DNA of 64,000 nt from Lytechinus pictus. Lineage: Eukaryota. Made by a program: the position numbers and the translations under genes. The notes below the pieces were generated by a model. That model saw nothing but the letters and a program-made list of their open reading frames with translations, was not told the origin of the DNA and ran no database searches. Positions 39,030 through 52,281 of the stretch are shown piece by piece (within the stretch, counting starts at the first letter, position 1; the number at the start of each line of letters is the position of its first letter). The stretch spans positions 28,398,001 to 28,462,000 of the forward strand of contig NC_087251.1 of assembly GCF_037042905.1 (NCBI RefSeq). The letters run 5' to 3'.

Positions 39030-39484
39030 GTAATGTTAAAAAAAAAGATTATCATAAGAAATGAAATTAAGGAGAGAAGGATAAATGGAAGAATTTGCTA
39101 CAGGAGAGGAGGGGCAATAAAAGATGGAAGAGATCTGAGAACAAGAGAGAGAGCGAGAAATTTATTTGGGAGAAAAATAGTTAACAGCAAGACAAGGAAA
39201 GGTAAATACAGAAAGGGAGAGATAGAGAGATAGGTGTGCAATCGCATGGCAAGTATTTAGCATGAACAGTTAAACTTAAAGCATTTTAAATTATACAAAC
39301 GTAATCAAACTGCAAGCAGTGCATACACTATGCAAGAAATACTTATCTCTTTATAAATTATCAAGGAAGAATCTAAGGTAAGGTACCAGCATAGTCATCA
39401 TATAGTCTGTAATTTTGTGCATTCATTTTTTCCACATTGAACATTTTATTGACTAATTCAACTTGGATCTTTTTATGTATGCAG

Positions 39485-39626
39485 CCTTAACAAACTGTCA
39501 GATGACTGGGATAGTCTTGACTCTAGAAAATCTGAGTTTGTAGAATGGTTGGAGGCATATAGAAACAAACTTGATGAAGTAGAAACATCTCACGAGACCC
39601 CTGATCAGATATACTCCACTGCTAAG
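39485..39626 (+). CDS. SYNE1: Exon, rod
   Basis: gcag|..|gtaagg; LNKLSDDW...EWLE...STAK. Confidence 0.9.
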
Positions 39627-40156
39627 GTAAGGCATAATTGGATTGCATATATTTATCATTTTTAAAACAGGAACGTATGCTATTGAGGGCTTTATGGTCT
39701 CTGTGTAAAGAGCATTGGAAGTGTACCTATTTGGCCTTCCATAAAATTGAAAGAGAAGGAACAATAATAAAAACATTCTTCTAAAGTAAAGACCCTTTGA
39801 ATGCTTGTCCCCAAAATAGAATTTTTTACGAGTACCCTATGTCAGAAAGCTTTTGCAGATATTGTATCCTCATATTTTCATCTCATTCCATGTTTGAAAA
39901 ATGGTTCATACCAAACAAAAAATAACAGCATTATGGCAAATCCAATTTTGAAAATTCTGATAATAACTTTTACCTTTATATATCAAAGTTAAGATTGCAA
40001 CTTTTGCATATATGTGTTTATGATATCATCTTTCATTTCACATGAGAATTGATTCAAACTTGGAGGGTGAGTAATCATTAGATTTAGGAAAACTACATGC
40101 TATCGAATTCAATTTTGTATAACTTAAAGGCATTCTTTACCACTTCCTATCAACAG

Positions 40157-40489
40157 GACCTATTGGCTGATATAAGTGCCAAGTACCCAAGCTTTGAAGA
40201 CCTTGAAAAGTGTCTTCAAGAGCTGATCTCTTCTTACCCTCGCTCTGTGGCTGTTCTCGTCCTGGAGTCTGATGTCACCAGTCTCCGCAGCCAATGGGAA
40301 GAGCTCTCTGACAGGGCCAAGGCTCTTGATCTTTCCCTGTCTGACCAGGTGTCCAAGTGGAATCTGTACCAAAGGTCTGTCCAGGAGCTGTCAGGGTGGC
40401 TGACTGAAGCAGAAAGGAGACTGAAGGCTGTCTCAGAGGAGCCCTGCGATTCAGCTCAAGATGTGCAGCAGTGTAAAGATCAGGTTCAG
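40157..40489 (+). CDS. SYNE1: Exon, rod
   Basis: acag|..|gtaaga; DLLADI...GWLTEAE...DQVQ; 333 nt. Confidence 0.92.
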
Positions 40490-41046
40490 GTAAGATATAA
40501 TTTTCATTCCTTGTTACCACGGAGAGCCACAAGGAAACTAGCTCCAGTTAAAATGTTATATTAACCAGCTGGTAATTTACATTTTTTGAAAGATATATAT
40601 GACCCCTATTATTACAATCACATCATTATAAATAATTCATAGTGATTGGTAGTTTATATAGAATATAGAAACATACATTCATTCCAAAGTGCTCTACCTT
40701 TCTTGTCCTTCCTTTCCATTTTCTTTGTTCATTGGCCCTCTTTGCTCCAGTGCCTCAATTAAAAAAATGACTCCTTGCTCTCTTCCAGTGGATTATTTTA
40801 TGTATGTGTGTCTGTGTTTTATGTATTCTTTGGTGCATATGGTTTGAATATGCAGTATGATCAGTAATATGTTAATATTTTAACAACAATTCAGTTGTAA
40901 TTAATACTTTTCAGTTATTACAATGTACCATTTAATGATCAATCGAAAGAAGTGGATATGTGAGAAATATTTATGTATGGGGAGGGAAATTAGAATCAAC
41001 CAATAATATTTGATAATTTCTATTTTGCTTATATATTACTCCAAAG

Positions 41047-41337
41047 AATTTAAGAGAACAGTTCACTGAGAAGCAAGCCATTATGCTGACAATCAGAGAA
41101 TGCAGGCCAGAATCTAGTGATGATGACGAGTTAGAACACAGATGGAACACCCTGGATGATGCAATCAGTAAGAGCCTTGCCCAGATTGAGAAGCTAGGAT
41201 CCTTGTGGGAGGAGTACCATGGTCTATCTAAGGAGACAGGGACCTGGATGGAGGATATGGGCAGGAGGTTGGAGAAAGAGTGTGCCGAGGTTGTCGGAAA
41301 CACGGAACAACTCAGTGAAAGACATCATCTTTTACAG
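41047..41337 (+). CDS. SYNE1: Exon, rod
   Basis: caaag|..|gtagaa; NLREQF...HLLQ (AAG acceptor, exact start slightly uncertain). Confidence 0.85.
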
Positions 41338-41761
41338 GTAGAATTTATTTTAATACTAGTAATAATGATTAAAAAAATGATAGTTAGATTCATAGAACGT
41401 TTTTCACCAGAGGAAAGCAAAGCAAAACTATTGTTATCATGGTTGGGTTATTTATGATTGTGAAGCATTATGGATACAGGTGAAGAAGTACATGAAGATT
41501 GAAATTAAGATTGACCTGTGTATGCTTAGTATACAGAATTTCGGATTCAACAGGTGATGATTGGTCTATCTGAATCTGCCTACCTATTTATTTGCCTTCT
41601 GACAATTGATAATTAAAAACTTTCACAATGCGATTGTTCATGGGCCAATATGACAATTTTGAGAAGAAATATTATAAAATACCTTTTGTTATGGTACTTC
41701 CAGCTCTTTTCAGGTTAGTATAGATACATTGTTTCTTTCATTTCTGTTTGCTTCTTTACAG

Positions 41762-42082
41762 GACATGAAAGATGAGTGCCAAAGTCAGAATGCCAAAATA
41801 AACGAGGTCTTGACTTTGACTCAAACCCTTAATCAGTACTGTTCCCCAGTGGGCAAGGAGAGATTGGGAACCGAAGCAAACCATGTGTCCTCTGAGTATA
41901 ACAGACTGCTGGCATTGCAGAGCACTGGTGTGTCAATACTAGATGAAGTCCTGGCTCAGAGAAAGAGGTTTAGAGACAGCATGGGAGCTCTTGAAGACGT
42001 GCTTCATCAGCAGGAAGCAGTGGTAGATGAGCAGAAAGAATTGGGAAGAGATGAATTGAAAAGCTGCCTTCCTGCAATTGAG
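41762..42082 (+). CDS. SYNE1: Exon, rod
   Basis: acag|..|gtttga; DMKDEC...PAIE; 321 nt. Confidence 0.9.
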
Positions 42083-42185
42083 GTTTGATATTAATAATTC
42101 AAACATTAATAGATATTATTATTATTATTATTTTTTTTTAATGCATGATCATAAAAACAAGTCCCATCTCATGAAGGGGTGTCCT

Positions 42186-42345
42186 AGGGAGCATTTCATC
42201 AACATTTGCCATCTGACAAGTTGTCAGATCTGACAACTTTCCTAGATTGTGATTGGCTAAGAAATACTTCTTACCATGGTATCTGTCTGATAACACAAGA
42301 CTTGTTGGATAAAACATCTGACAAGTCCTTTCATGAAACACCCCT
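42186..42345. mobile_element. Short MITE-like repeat
   Basis: GGGAGCATTTCATCAA / TTTCATGAAACACCCC ends; internal TCTGACAA/TTGTCAGA motifs; similar reverse-oriented remnant near 50404-50540. Confidence 0.5.
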
Positions 42346-42595
42346 CTGGTCCAGTGGTTTTGTCACCCAGCATCAGTCTCTTGGTCCATATTTCAGTCCC
42401 ACCATTATGGTTCTTTTTTCCCTTAGCAAGGTAAAAGTCTGTATTTGCCAGTCCTCACCAAGATGTAAGTTGGAACTGGCAGGAAGGAATTCCAGAATAT
42501 GACAAGTCCAAAAAGGAGTCAATCTTTGTGTGTAATAAGTGAAAAAATTATATATTGTAAGCATAAGAATATAATGTCTTGATGTTTTTCTCCAG

Positions 42596-42822
42596 AAACA
42601 AGACTCTGTCCTTGCCGAAGCATCTCAAGACTTGAAATCCTTGGAGTCTGACCTGGAACCCATCTGCAAGCATTGTGACTCTGGTGAAACTCTGACCTAC
42701 TCCCACCAAGTGACCGGTCTAAACAAGAAACTGGAGAAGATACAGGAGATTGTCTCAAAGAGAATCACCTACATAGAGTTCTTCATACAGTTTGAGGAGA
42801 TCCAGTATCAAGTTCTTGGAAG
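42596..42822 (+). CDS. SYNE1: Exon, rod
   Basis: ccag|..|gtactg; KQDSVL...VLG(R); phase 0 to 2. Confidence 0.88.
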
Positions 42823-42998
42823 GTACTGACACAATTTATTATTGCCACAGTTCTTTATGCATATAGTCACCAGATTTGATAAACAAAAATGAGATAACTT
42901 CATGTTACTATATATAAGACTCTGAAAGAAGCCAAACATCTTTATGTGCATTTAGATTTATCATGAGACTGTCATTGATATTATTCCCATCCCTGTAG

Positions 42999-43437
42999 AT
43001 TTCAAGAAGCTAAGCCTGTTCTTGACAAGGAAGATGTAACTGATTCTGAACTTCTTCAGAAGCTTGAGCATCTTGAAGCTGTAGAGCCAGTCCTAGAGGA
43101 GTGGAAGCATAAGACTCAAGATATGGACCAACTTGCCAAAGACTCACAGCTCACTATCAGACCTCCTGCAGGCCAAGACCCCCAGAATCAGCCCAAACAG
43201 ACAACCAAGACTCTTGCCAGTTTGGATCATGGTCAGATGGTGTCCACTCACTCACACCTGACCAAGGAACTTCGGTCAAGACTGGACAAGATGGCCAATA
43301 TCCAGAGGAAGCTGAAGGAGTTTGAGGCGAAGCAGAAGAATCTCCAACAGTGTCTAGGAGATCTGGAGAGGACAATAACCACAATGAAAGATGTTGGACA
43401 ACTGAGTGATCTTGCTCCGATTGCTCAGATTTTTGAG
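42999..43437 (+). CDS. SYNE1: Exon, rod (longest exon in window)
   Basis: gtag|..|gtacaa; FQEAKP...QIFE; 439 nt, phase 2 to 0. Confidence 0.88.
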
Positions 43438-43861
43438 GTACAAGCTTTTGCATTATGTCGTTAACAATGTATATTACTATTTCAAAAATGTAAATAGTAT
43501 TAAACCAATATAGATGTCCTGTATCATACTTGGTAAAAATATTAGTTGTGTTAATGAAACCTTGTACCTGTCTTCTTCTTCTCTGCCAATTTTGTGGAAG
43601 ACTATAGACAAGATAACTTCTTATCACTACTCCTAATTCATTTAATGAGCGTAATATTTCATCAAATACAATTTTCTTTTCCTCACACTGTTTCAGATAT
43701 TAGGTTGAACTAAGTGATAGGTACATCATTTTTAAGATAATCAGGAGAATAATTGGATTGAGTATTCAGGTGACCATTTTCAAACTCTGATAAAATCCGC
43801 AACAATTCACTGAAAAATCTAAAACTTATGAGTAAATACACCTGTACTATTGTATTCACAG

Positions 43862-43972
43862 GAATCTCAGACTGAGTTGGCTAGAAATAAAACGGACCTC
43901 GATCGATTGACAAGATTGGGAGTGGAACTCATGGAAGAAGATCCTAAACTCATTCCAAACATTGAACCAAAG
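43862..43972 (+). CDS. SYNE1: Exon, rod
   Basis: acag|..|gtgacc; ESQTEL...IEPK. Confidence 0.87.
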
Positions 43973-44413
43973 GTGACCACAATCTTCATAATGTATCTTT
44001 GATGTTAATGCTGCCTGTAATTTGTATATTACTATGAAAATGCATTTGAGAGTATACAGTCTTGTTTTGTAAATCTAAATTATTTTCAATTTATTCATTT
44101 TAAGATTTTGAAATATGATAAGCCTATAGGTGCATCTACATTATTATATACTGTATATAATTTGAATAAATTCAAATCCATATCATGAGAAGATTGTTTC
44201 ATCTGATTGCATAAATTGCTTAATGTTATTATCAGTGGTGCATATTCTGTAGTCTGTTACTGTGTCATTAAACCAAGAATATTATAAGAGCCAGGCATAA
44301 TGTATCTTTTGCTATCTTTGTGTGTAGGTTATTGGTGTGTCATTTAGTAAAATCCTTTTAAGAATGATTATTCTTGAATTCGACAAAAAGAAAATATTTG
44401 TTTTTTTTTGCAG

Positions 44414-44623
44414 GTTGATGGATTGAGGGAGGATTGGAGCAAGATGGATGAAAGAGTTACCATGGCAACCGAATGTGCTCATACTGCAGCGAAACTCTGG
44501 AAAGATATTGACCAATCACATACAAAGTTACATTCGGCTCTAGAAAAGGCACAAGATGTGTGCCAAGAACCGATCAAATGTAGTAATAAAGAAGAAACAG
44601 AAAAACTACTCAAATCACATGAG
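44414..44623 (+). CDS. SYNE1: Exon, rod
   Basis: gcag|..|gtaagg; VDGLREDW...KSHE. Confidence 0.9.
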
Positions 44624-45248
44624 GTAAGGATACACTATTAGTATTAGATATTATGATTTAGTCAAACAAGTGAGATAATATAACCTATAAATCTTAAATA
44701 CTAATTATGATACTGGATAGTGGTATACTGTATTGGTTATCAATCAATTGTATATGAATTCATTTGGTTTTCAGACAATGTTAGAGAAATGAATGTCATG
44801 AACGGTCATGATGCAAATGAAAAAATTACATTGTCAATAAAGTTTGAAAAATGCAGCATGTTGCATAATAAAACAACATAAAAAGAGAAAGACGTTTAAA
44901 AGTTTTTAGTGGCATTTCTTAACAAAGTATTACAGATTATGAGACAAAATTAACAGTTAATTCCAGAGGGGGGGGGGGTGGAATCTGAATATGCTGTTAA
45001 TTTGAGGTTGATTATCTAAACTAGTATAATGATCCATCTCTAGCCTTAAATTCCAATATTTTAGGGCAAAGTTATTTTTTTATAGGGGCACATTTCTATA
45101 GTACAGCAGAAATGGCAAAAATAAAAAAAGGGCTAAGAAATATTCAAGGCCACTGGGAGGGGCACCAAGGCCAAAAATAGGATATCAAAGGCTATGAAGC
45201 CCTGCACCACTGAAATAATAGTGATTTTGGTTCTTTCTTTATGAAAAG

Positions 45249-45599
45249 GCTGCCATATCAGATGTTGAAACTGCCAAACACCCAGCAAGCTGTTACGCAG
45301 AATCAGCCAATCAGATCATGAATCTCCTGCCAACAATCACGGCAACCTCATCTCCAGCAAAACCTGCAATGCTAGAACAGTCTCAAGAGTTACCAGGGAA
45401 ATTGGATGAGGTATCAGCCTTACTGGAGGAGAGGTTGATGAAGCTGAGAAGAGGGAGGGTGTTGTGGGAGTCGGTGATGGAACGAGAGAAGGTACTCCAT
45501 TCATGGTTGGGTGCTTCCAAGGTGAATCTTGATCAGATATCTGGTAACATGGATGACAGCGAGGGAGATGAAGTCCAAGTCAAACTCCAGCAGTTCAAG
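45249..45599 (+). CDS. SYNE1: Exon, rod
   Basis: aaag|..|gtaaag; AAISDV...QQFK (AAG acceptor, start slightly uncertain). Confidence 0.85.
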
Positions 45600-46553
45600 G
45601 TAAAGTGATTTTAGATCTTTAACTCTTTTATACACGGACAGACTGGCCCCTCACTCCCCAGTCCCATATCTTTTTCTCCATCACTGATTGTACTGTAGTT
45701 GAACTTTGGGGAAAATTATAATAATTTCATAACGATGCTCCTCAGAGAGGCCTCCAAACTGTGAATACATTGCACATTAAAAAAAAAATATATATTTTTA
45801 AGGTACATGTATAGCCAATTAACCATCTACACGCAGACCTTATAATTTCAAACAACTTTACTACTAAAAATTCAGAACACAGATAAAATTTTCATGATCA
45901 TTCAAGGAATAACGCACTGCTTACAATAACTTGTAACTGATTATAAATCAAGGGTCAAAATATAACCCAGATTCCTCCTTGTTTACAAGTTGGATGTAGA
46001 TTTCATTGGACCCAGAAATATCTTACTTTTCAATTTCATCCGCTTGAGAGTTAATTTCACCTTTTGATTGACAGGTTGAAATTATGGCAGATGGCTGTAA
46101 TGTAAATTTCAAGTTAATTTCGTGAAACTAGATTCCTTGCAAGTACATTTCATCTTTGAGAGTTGATTTCTTGTTGATTTCATGGACTTGGATTCCTTTC
46201 TAGTACATGACATCCTGAGTGGTATATTTCATTGAGTAACCTTCTCAAGTTTAGTGAAGTATACATTTGCACTCATTACCTTTATAGGGAAAAATAAAGA
46301 AAGGAGGAGGATGGGGGAGATACATTTTAGACTAACAGTCTGCAAATATTGGTGAGAAGAGAGAGGAGTTTTAAAGAACTGAGTGTATTGCTCATATAAA
46401 CAGGTTGGCGCCAGTGGTTATGGAACAGCATGATTGCCAAAGTTAAATGATGTGGCACTGAGAGAGAGAAAGAAGTAAAAGGAGAGGTACTTTTCAAAAG
46501 AAGAGCTGTTTGCAGTTATCAATTTTTTTATCTGATACCTTTTTTGTTATTAG

Positions 46554-46697
46554 GATGAAGCAGTAGATCGTGAAAATGAGCTTCAGCTTCTTGCTGCCAG
46601 CCTTGCTGAACTGAAGTCATTCAACCCTGATCAAACAATCCCTGAAGTTGAAGAAACCTTCAAGAAAGTTGAAGCAGACTTTGTCCAAGCAAAACAG
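46554..46697 (+). CDS. SYNE1: Exon, rod
   Basis: ttag|..|gtttgt; DEAVDR...QAKQ. Confidence 0.88.
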
Positions 46698-47114
46698 GTT
46701 TGTTGATTTCCTTTTTATGACAAAATAATCATCATTTAACAAGACATTGATGTACATTTCTCAGACTCAGTAGCAATAAGAAAATGGGCATATCAGCCAA
46801 TCAGATCTTAAAACTATAACTTATGACTGCCAGAGCAAAGATGTATGTATTCCAAGGAAGAAGAAAAGAGAAATCAAGTTTGTCATACAATAAGTTAACA
46901 CTCTTTATATTTCTATTTCAGTGAAAACGTTGATGTTTTATGTGGAAACTTGAATCCTCTCCTGAAGATATGAATAAGATGGGATAAAATCTAGCATCAT
47001 GAATTCAATTTATCTTCATGTGCCTTGCTTGATAAATCAACATTAAAAATAAACCTTCACTTAATAACTAGAATTATTGATTTTTTTAATCATTATTTTT
47101 TAAATCATATTCAG

Positions 47115-47288
47115 ACTGCTCTTGAAACTGAAAGCAACCTAAGTGAATTCACATCTCAAGTTGGTGCTCTGAGAACACAGCTATCTGAGCTGTTGTCATG
47201 GTTACAGGACCAAGAGACTGCTGTTAAAAGTTGCAATGATACCTCCCTGGATGGGGATCAACTTGTGTCTAATTATAAACAGTGTCAG
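47115..47288 (+). CDS. SYNE1: Exon, rod
   Basis: tcag|..|gtgagg; TALETE...SWLQDQE...KQCQ. Confidence 0.9.
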
Positions 47289-47667
47289 GTGAGGATTTTA
47301 TCATACAAATGTTTCAATTTAAATATTATGCCATATTCTTTATATTCAAATGATAACGAGTCTTCCTGTACTATCCTATCACTTTTTCAAAATTCAAATT
47401 TTCATAATACTATGTACCAAGAGAATGATAATTGTCTCCTGTGAAATTCTCATGTAACTAATGATTTCGTTTTCAATCTGCATTTACAAGGTGAATATGA
47501 ATTTTTATTTTTCATTTTCTGTTGCTAAAAAAATATTGAAAAAAATTAAGTTTACTTACTGTGCTTTAGAAAACCTCTGTGATAATTCTCTCTGTTATAA
47601 GTCTATTATATTTTCAGTTTCTTACAAAATTTGACTATGAATGTTTACCTTTTTTTTCATATTACAG

Positions 47668-47832
47668 GATATCAAAACGGAAGTTGTTGGTAAAAGAGCA
47701 GTTATTGATGGATTGTTTCAGCAGGTGAATTCTTTAAAGGAGAGGTTCCCCAAAGCTAATACAGCATCAATAATGAAGGACCTTGATTCAGTCAACAACC
47801 AGTATCAGATATCACTGGAATCTTGCACACAG
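47668..47832 (+). CDS. SYNE1: Exon, rod, with non-canonical GC donor
   Basis: acag|..CAG|gcaagt; DIKTEV...SCTQ; phase 0 needed by next exon. Confidence 0.85.
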
Positions 47833-48049
47833 GCAAGTATCATTAAATGAATTCTGTACCTAATTGTTTTTTTTTTACTTGTCAAAATATCAAAGTAAGG
47901 TATGTTAGTGATTGGTATTGGTTTACTTGTTGATGTATCCCACCGCTGCCACATTGTTAGTAACAAAAGAGTTCAGTCATAAGTCATGTTTATTGTATGG
48001 GTTTATATCCCACTGCCACCACTGTTTTTATATTGAAGCGACCAATAGT

Positions 48050-48780
48050 AAACAAATATTCAATGTTGATGAGTGCGATCGTTCTGAATATTGAAACAGT
48101 CTATTCAACGACGCGAAGCGGAGTTGAATAGGCTGTTTCAACTTGCAACGAATGTAATATTCGGAACGTCGCACGAATACAACATTGAATATTTGTTTTA
48201 TACAACACCGATAGCTTACACTTTGGACTAGATCTAGATAGGCTAGATCTATAGGTCTAGTCTATGACTAACGCGCGTTAGGTCTTATTTTGCTTACAAT
48301 GTTGTCTTTTGAGCGTCAGTAGATTTACTCCAGTAATCCCAGGAGAGTCAAGTATTTTCAACATAGATCCATGAAGTCCAATTTGTGAAAGAATTCCATA
48401 AAACCCAGAAGGAAATCCAGAAGGTACGCGGCCGTACCCTGGGAATAATTTGCTTAGCAACGTACGTACGCGCATTGTGTTCAGCCTAGCAACGTGTATG
48501 CGCAGTGCTACGTACATCGGTCAGAGATACGAAAACGTGATTACGTATGCGCGTATTCACTTAACGTGTACGGGGCATGACCATGGGTTCAGTGTGCCCA
48601 GGGTTCTTGCAGTGCTGGCTCATTTACTTCAGCGTGCTATAGTCGACTATAGCACGAGCGTGCAATAGTAGACTATAGCACGGCTAGCATATCTTAGTGT
48701 GCTATAGCTGATTCCTCTGAATGTCACGTGACACGCTTTCATCCAATCAGCTGTCAAGGATCTATCCATGTGTTGTATAA
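48050..48780. mobile_element. Hairpin-capped non-autonomous element (Crypton-like architecture)
   Basis: ~150-nt foldback 48050-48198 with GCGAAGC at the apex; TTATACAACAC (48198) inverted with terminal GTGTTGTATAA (48770); CpG-rich. Confidence 0.7.
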
Positions 48781-49054
48781 TTACTTTTATAGCATGGACT
48801 AGCATATCCCCTTACACCACGTCATTCATGAAAAGGGTCACTAGTAACTTTGGCAACATCTTGATATCCAACAAAAGATGATGAAATTATGTAAAAGATT
48901 ATTTTTCAAGTTTGAAGTTCATTGTCTCATGTAATTATTTTCATGTGTTTTCTTTCTATCTAATTTCATCTACTTTGGATATCTCCCCCAAATTTTTAAT
49001 GAATATTAACAAAATTATAAGCTTTGATTTCAATATTTTTCACGACTTTGGCAG

Positions 49055-49210
49055 GTTCTTGAGCGAATCTCATCAGTACTTGAGGAAGAAAGTGTGAAAG
49101 CCAATGCATCACTATCATCTTGGTTGGATAAAGCAGAGGCTATTCTAAAACAGTCCTCATCCACAGAGGGTACTCTGGATGACATCAAGGAGAGACACAA
49201 TTCTATCAAG
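49055..49210 (+). CDS. SYNE1: Exon, rod
   Basis: gcag|..|gttgga; VLERIS...SWLDKAE...NSIK. Confidence 0.9.
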
Positions 49211-49724
49211 GTTGGATATTTTAACCATTTATTTCATTCCGTTTTAACATATCATGTCCGCACAAATGATAAAAATGTGATGTCTCAATGATAGACTAGG
49301 GAACATAAAGCTTCTTGATTATTGTGGACTTATTTCTATGATTAATTGCATTGATTATTGTGTATTATCAGATGTCAAAATCAGCCTCTCAGTCAATAGC
49401 TAAGCTTTAGTTAATAGTGCCCATTTTGTGTGTAATTTAGACATGTCAGGTTTGAAAGCAAGTCAGAATTCTAATTTGTAAGAGGTCATCTTGTTATCCC
49501 AAGTGACACCCAAGAAGATGAGTAGCAAACTGAACAATTACAATTATGATGTAAACTTATGATTGGGTTATTAAGTGCATAGATCCATTTTGCAAGTTGC
49601 TCAATTCACTTTGATTTTAACCTGCCCTGTTAGTGCTTATATCGTTCAAGGAATTTATGTGGTTCTCCTAATGTGAAGCAAAATTGTATGACTGATTAAC
49701 ATCACCATGTCTGATCCCTCACAG

Positions 49725-50042
49725 GACCTTCAATCAAAGATGCCAGAAGGTGAGATTCTTTGGAAAGCAATGAGAGATAAAGAATCTCAACTTGCTCAGA
49801 TCCTGCCTGATGATCGGCTGACGGCTCACAATGATACCATAGCAGCCCTGGATGACCGTTACAAGTCTCTGTCCAGTGAGTGTCCAGTCAAGGAGAAGGA
49901 CTTGGGTCAGTGTGTAGCGGTATTGGAGCAGTATGAGGACAAGTCCAGGGAGATCAATGATCAGTTGGCTCAAGTTGAAGAACAGACCAAGGAGTTGATG
50001 AAACCCTGTGAGGATACTCAGAAACAACTCACAGCAGTCGAG
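49725..50042 (+). CDS. SYNE1: Exon, rod
   Basis: acag|..|gtaaaa; DLQSKM...TAVE; 318 nt. Confidence 0.9.
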
Positions 50043-50681
50043 GTAAAACAATTTGTTTTATATCCTGATTATTCTTTCCTATTTATCCTTGTTATGAATG
50101 AGGGTGGTAACATTGGATTATGTTTTTATAAGATGTAAATATCATCTTGGCTATTCTAACCCCAGTATGCTCTATCAAAGGTTTAGTAGGTGCTGTCATT
50201 TGTGTTCCTTTGAGGAGACATTGATTTACAATTTGCTACATGTACCCTCTCACAGTTGTATTACATGTAGTTGCTTTCCTAGTAGGATGTAAGAGTAGTT
50301 TACTCAGCAGTGAGAGTACCAAGGAACCTGTCTGTCATACTCCACTGGGAGTAGAGAATGTGAGGCCAAGCCAATAGCAGATGATCAAAATAAATGTGAT
50401 ATCAGGGGAGAGTTTCGCAAAAGACTTGTCAGAGTTTTTTGTAATGTTTGTCTGACAGAGTCTATATTATATGGTTTCCATAATAACAGATACCTGCCCT
50501 TATCAGCCACTCAAAACCAAGGAAAGTTGTCAGATATGGGGCTTGTTTTAGAACGAGTTGTTTTTGCATGTAGCTAAAAACATTGTGCGCAAGTCACCAG
50601 TATGGGCATTTGCATGTCCCAAATTTCAAAAAATGGTCAGTAGACTTTGTTAAATTAATTTGATTTTTTTTTCTGTCTCAG

Positions 50682-50828
50682 TCATTACTTGAAGCGCTGA
50701 AAGGAAGTCCCCTAGATGAGCTACAGGACAAGACTGATGCTGTTTGTCAAGCTATTGAGACCTCCTCAACTCCATTGCAGACTCAACAAATCAGTCAACA
50801 TCATCAAAATCTGCTCAAGAATCTAGAG
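50682..50828 (+). CDS. SYNE1: Exon, rod
   Basis: tcag|..|gtatac; SLLEAL...KNLE. Confidence 0.87.
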
Positions 50829-51534
50829 GTATACCTGCAGTCTATAGTCTCCTTCAATCAGCTATCAATTCATAATTTCATTAGAAATGTCTTAGAAATA
50901 TCTGTTCATTTTATTTTAGAAATTTCCATGGTTTTTCCAGGATATGATGGTTTCAAGAAATGAGACCCAGTACCTTTCTTTGAATTCAGGTTTTATCAGA
51001 GAAGTGTGAATTTTTACCATTCTCATTGTACTTAATACTTGAGGTTATTCATTTTGCATTTCCGCAATGCTAAACTTCTAGGAGTTTATACTTTGAGGTT
51101 ATTATTCAAAATAATAAATATTTGCAAAATAGAGGAGAAATATGAGCAATAAAATTCAATATCATGCTTCATAAAATAAATACCATTTAAATACTGTTGT
51201 AAATTAAGTGAAAACCTATACTTGTATAAAAATCCCCTCAAGGAACTACAAATTATATACATGCATTTGCTAATGTATTTGGATGGGGCTTTGAGAAATT
51301 GGGACATCATTATCTTAAATGGTGGAATATCAGTTTTCAGAAAACAATTGCCAGAGCCTAGACCTCGTACATTACCAACATTAGGTTGGTTAATAATTGA
51401 TTATTTATTTTTGTCTTTTTGTTTTCAAATTTATAATTTGGTGCTATAATGCTTTTTGTCTCCAGACTGTAGTTTTTTCCAGTACTTTGTGAACAAAGCA
51501 GGTGGTTAATTATGATATGTCTCTTTCTTTTTAG

Positions 51535-51699
51535 GAACTTCGGCTCCAACTTGAAGGCAGTGTGGATGCCGAGAAACAGCTACATTGTAATCTAGAAGAT
51601 GTAAGACAAAAACTCGACAAGTCTAAAGAGTTAATTGGCACCTATGTAGATCCTACTGGAGATAGGAATGTATGTGAAGATAAATTACAAGCTATAAAG
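51535..51699 (+). CDS. SYNE1: Exon, rod
   Basis: ttag|..|gtaatt; ELRLQL...QAIK; 165 nt. Confidence 0.9.
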
Positions 51700-52281
51700 G
51701 TAATTCTATCATTTATGAAAGCATTGCAGAATAGTAAATATCTCTGATTTTGCTTATCTTAGCTTCTTTTTAAAATGAGTGAAAATCAAAAGAATTTTTT
51801 CAAAGTTTTGTTTTTGAAAAATTTTGTAATAATATTCCTATTTTCCATAATTTGTGTTTGCTAATTTATCACTAATGGAGTCTCAATCCATTTAAAGGAT
51901 TATGAGGTAATTAAAAAGACCGCTTAATATTCATTCCAATAATCTATACTTGTCTCCTCAACATGTATTAATTCTTCAGGATATGCTCAAATTACAAAAA
52001 AAAATCTTATAAAAAATGCTTGATCACTTGGTTTCAGTCTGATGATGAAAAAAAAATTAATAATTATTTGTTAAATTCATGCTAAGAAATTAGCAAGCCT
52101 GGTAAAAGCAATGGAGTATTGGACCTTAAGGTCAAGCTTAAACTTAAAGTCAGAGGTGGATCCTCTTTCTCACGTCTTGAGATTATAACTCTCAAATGTA
52201 TATTCATGTATTTGAAAGATTAATTCTAACGACTGAAATACGGTTAATCATAATTCATTCATTCCTTTGTTTTTATTGCAG

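Noticed and set aside
45619..46034. Possible TTAA-flanked piggyBac remnant
   Set aside because: Inverted termini are too short and degenerate to support.
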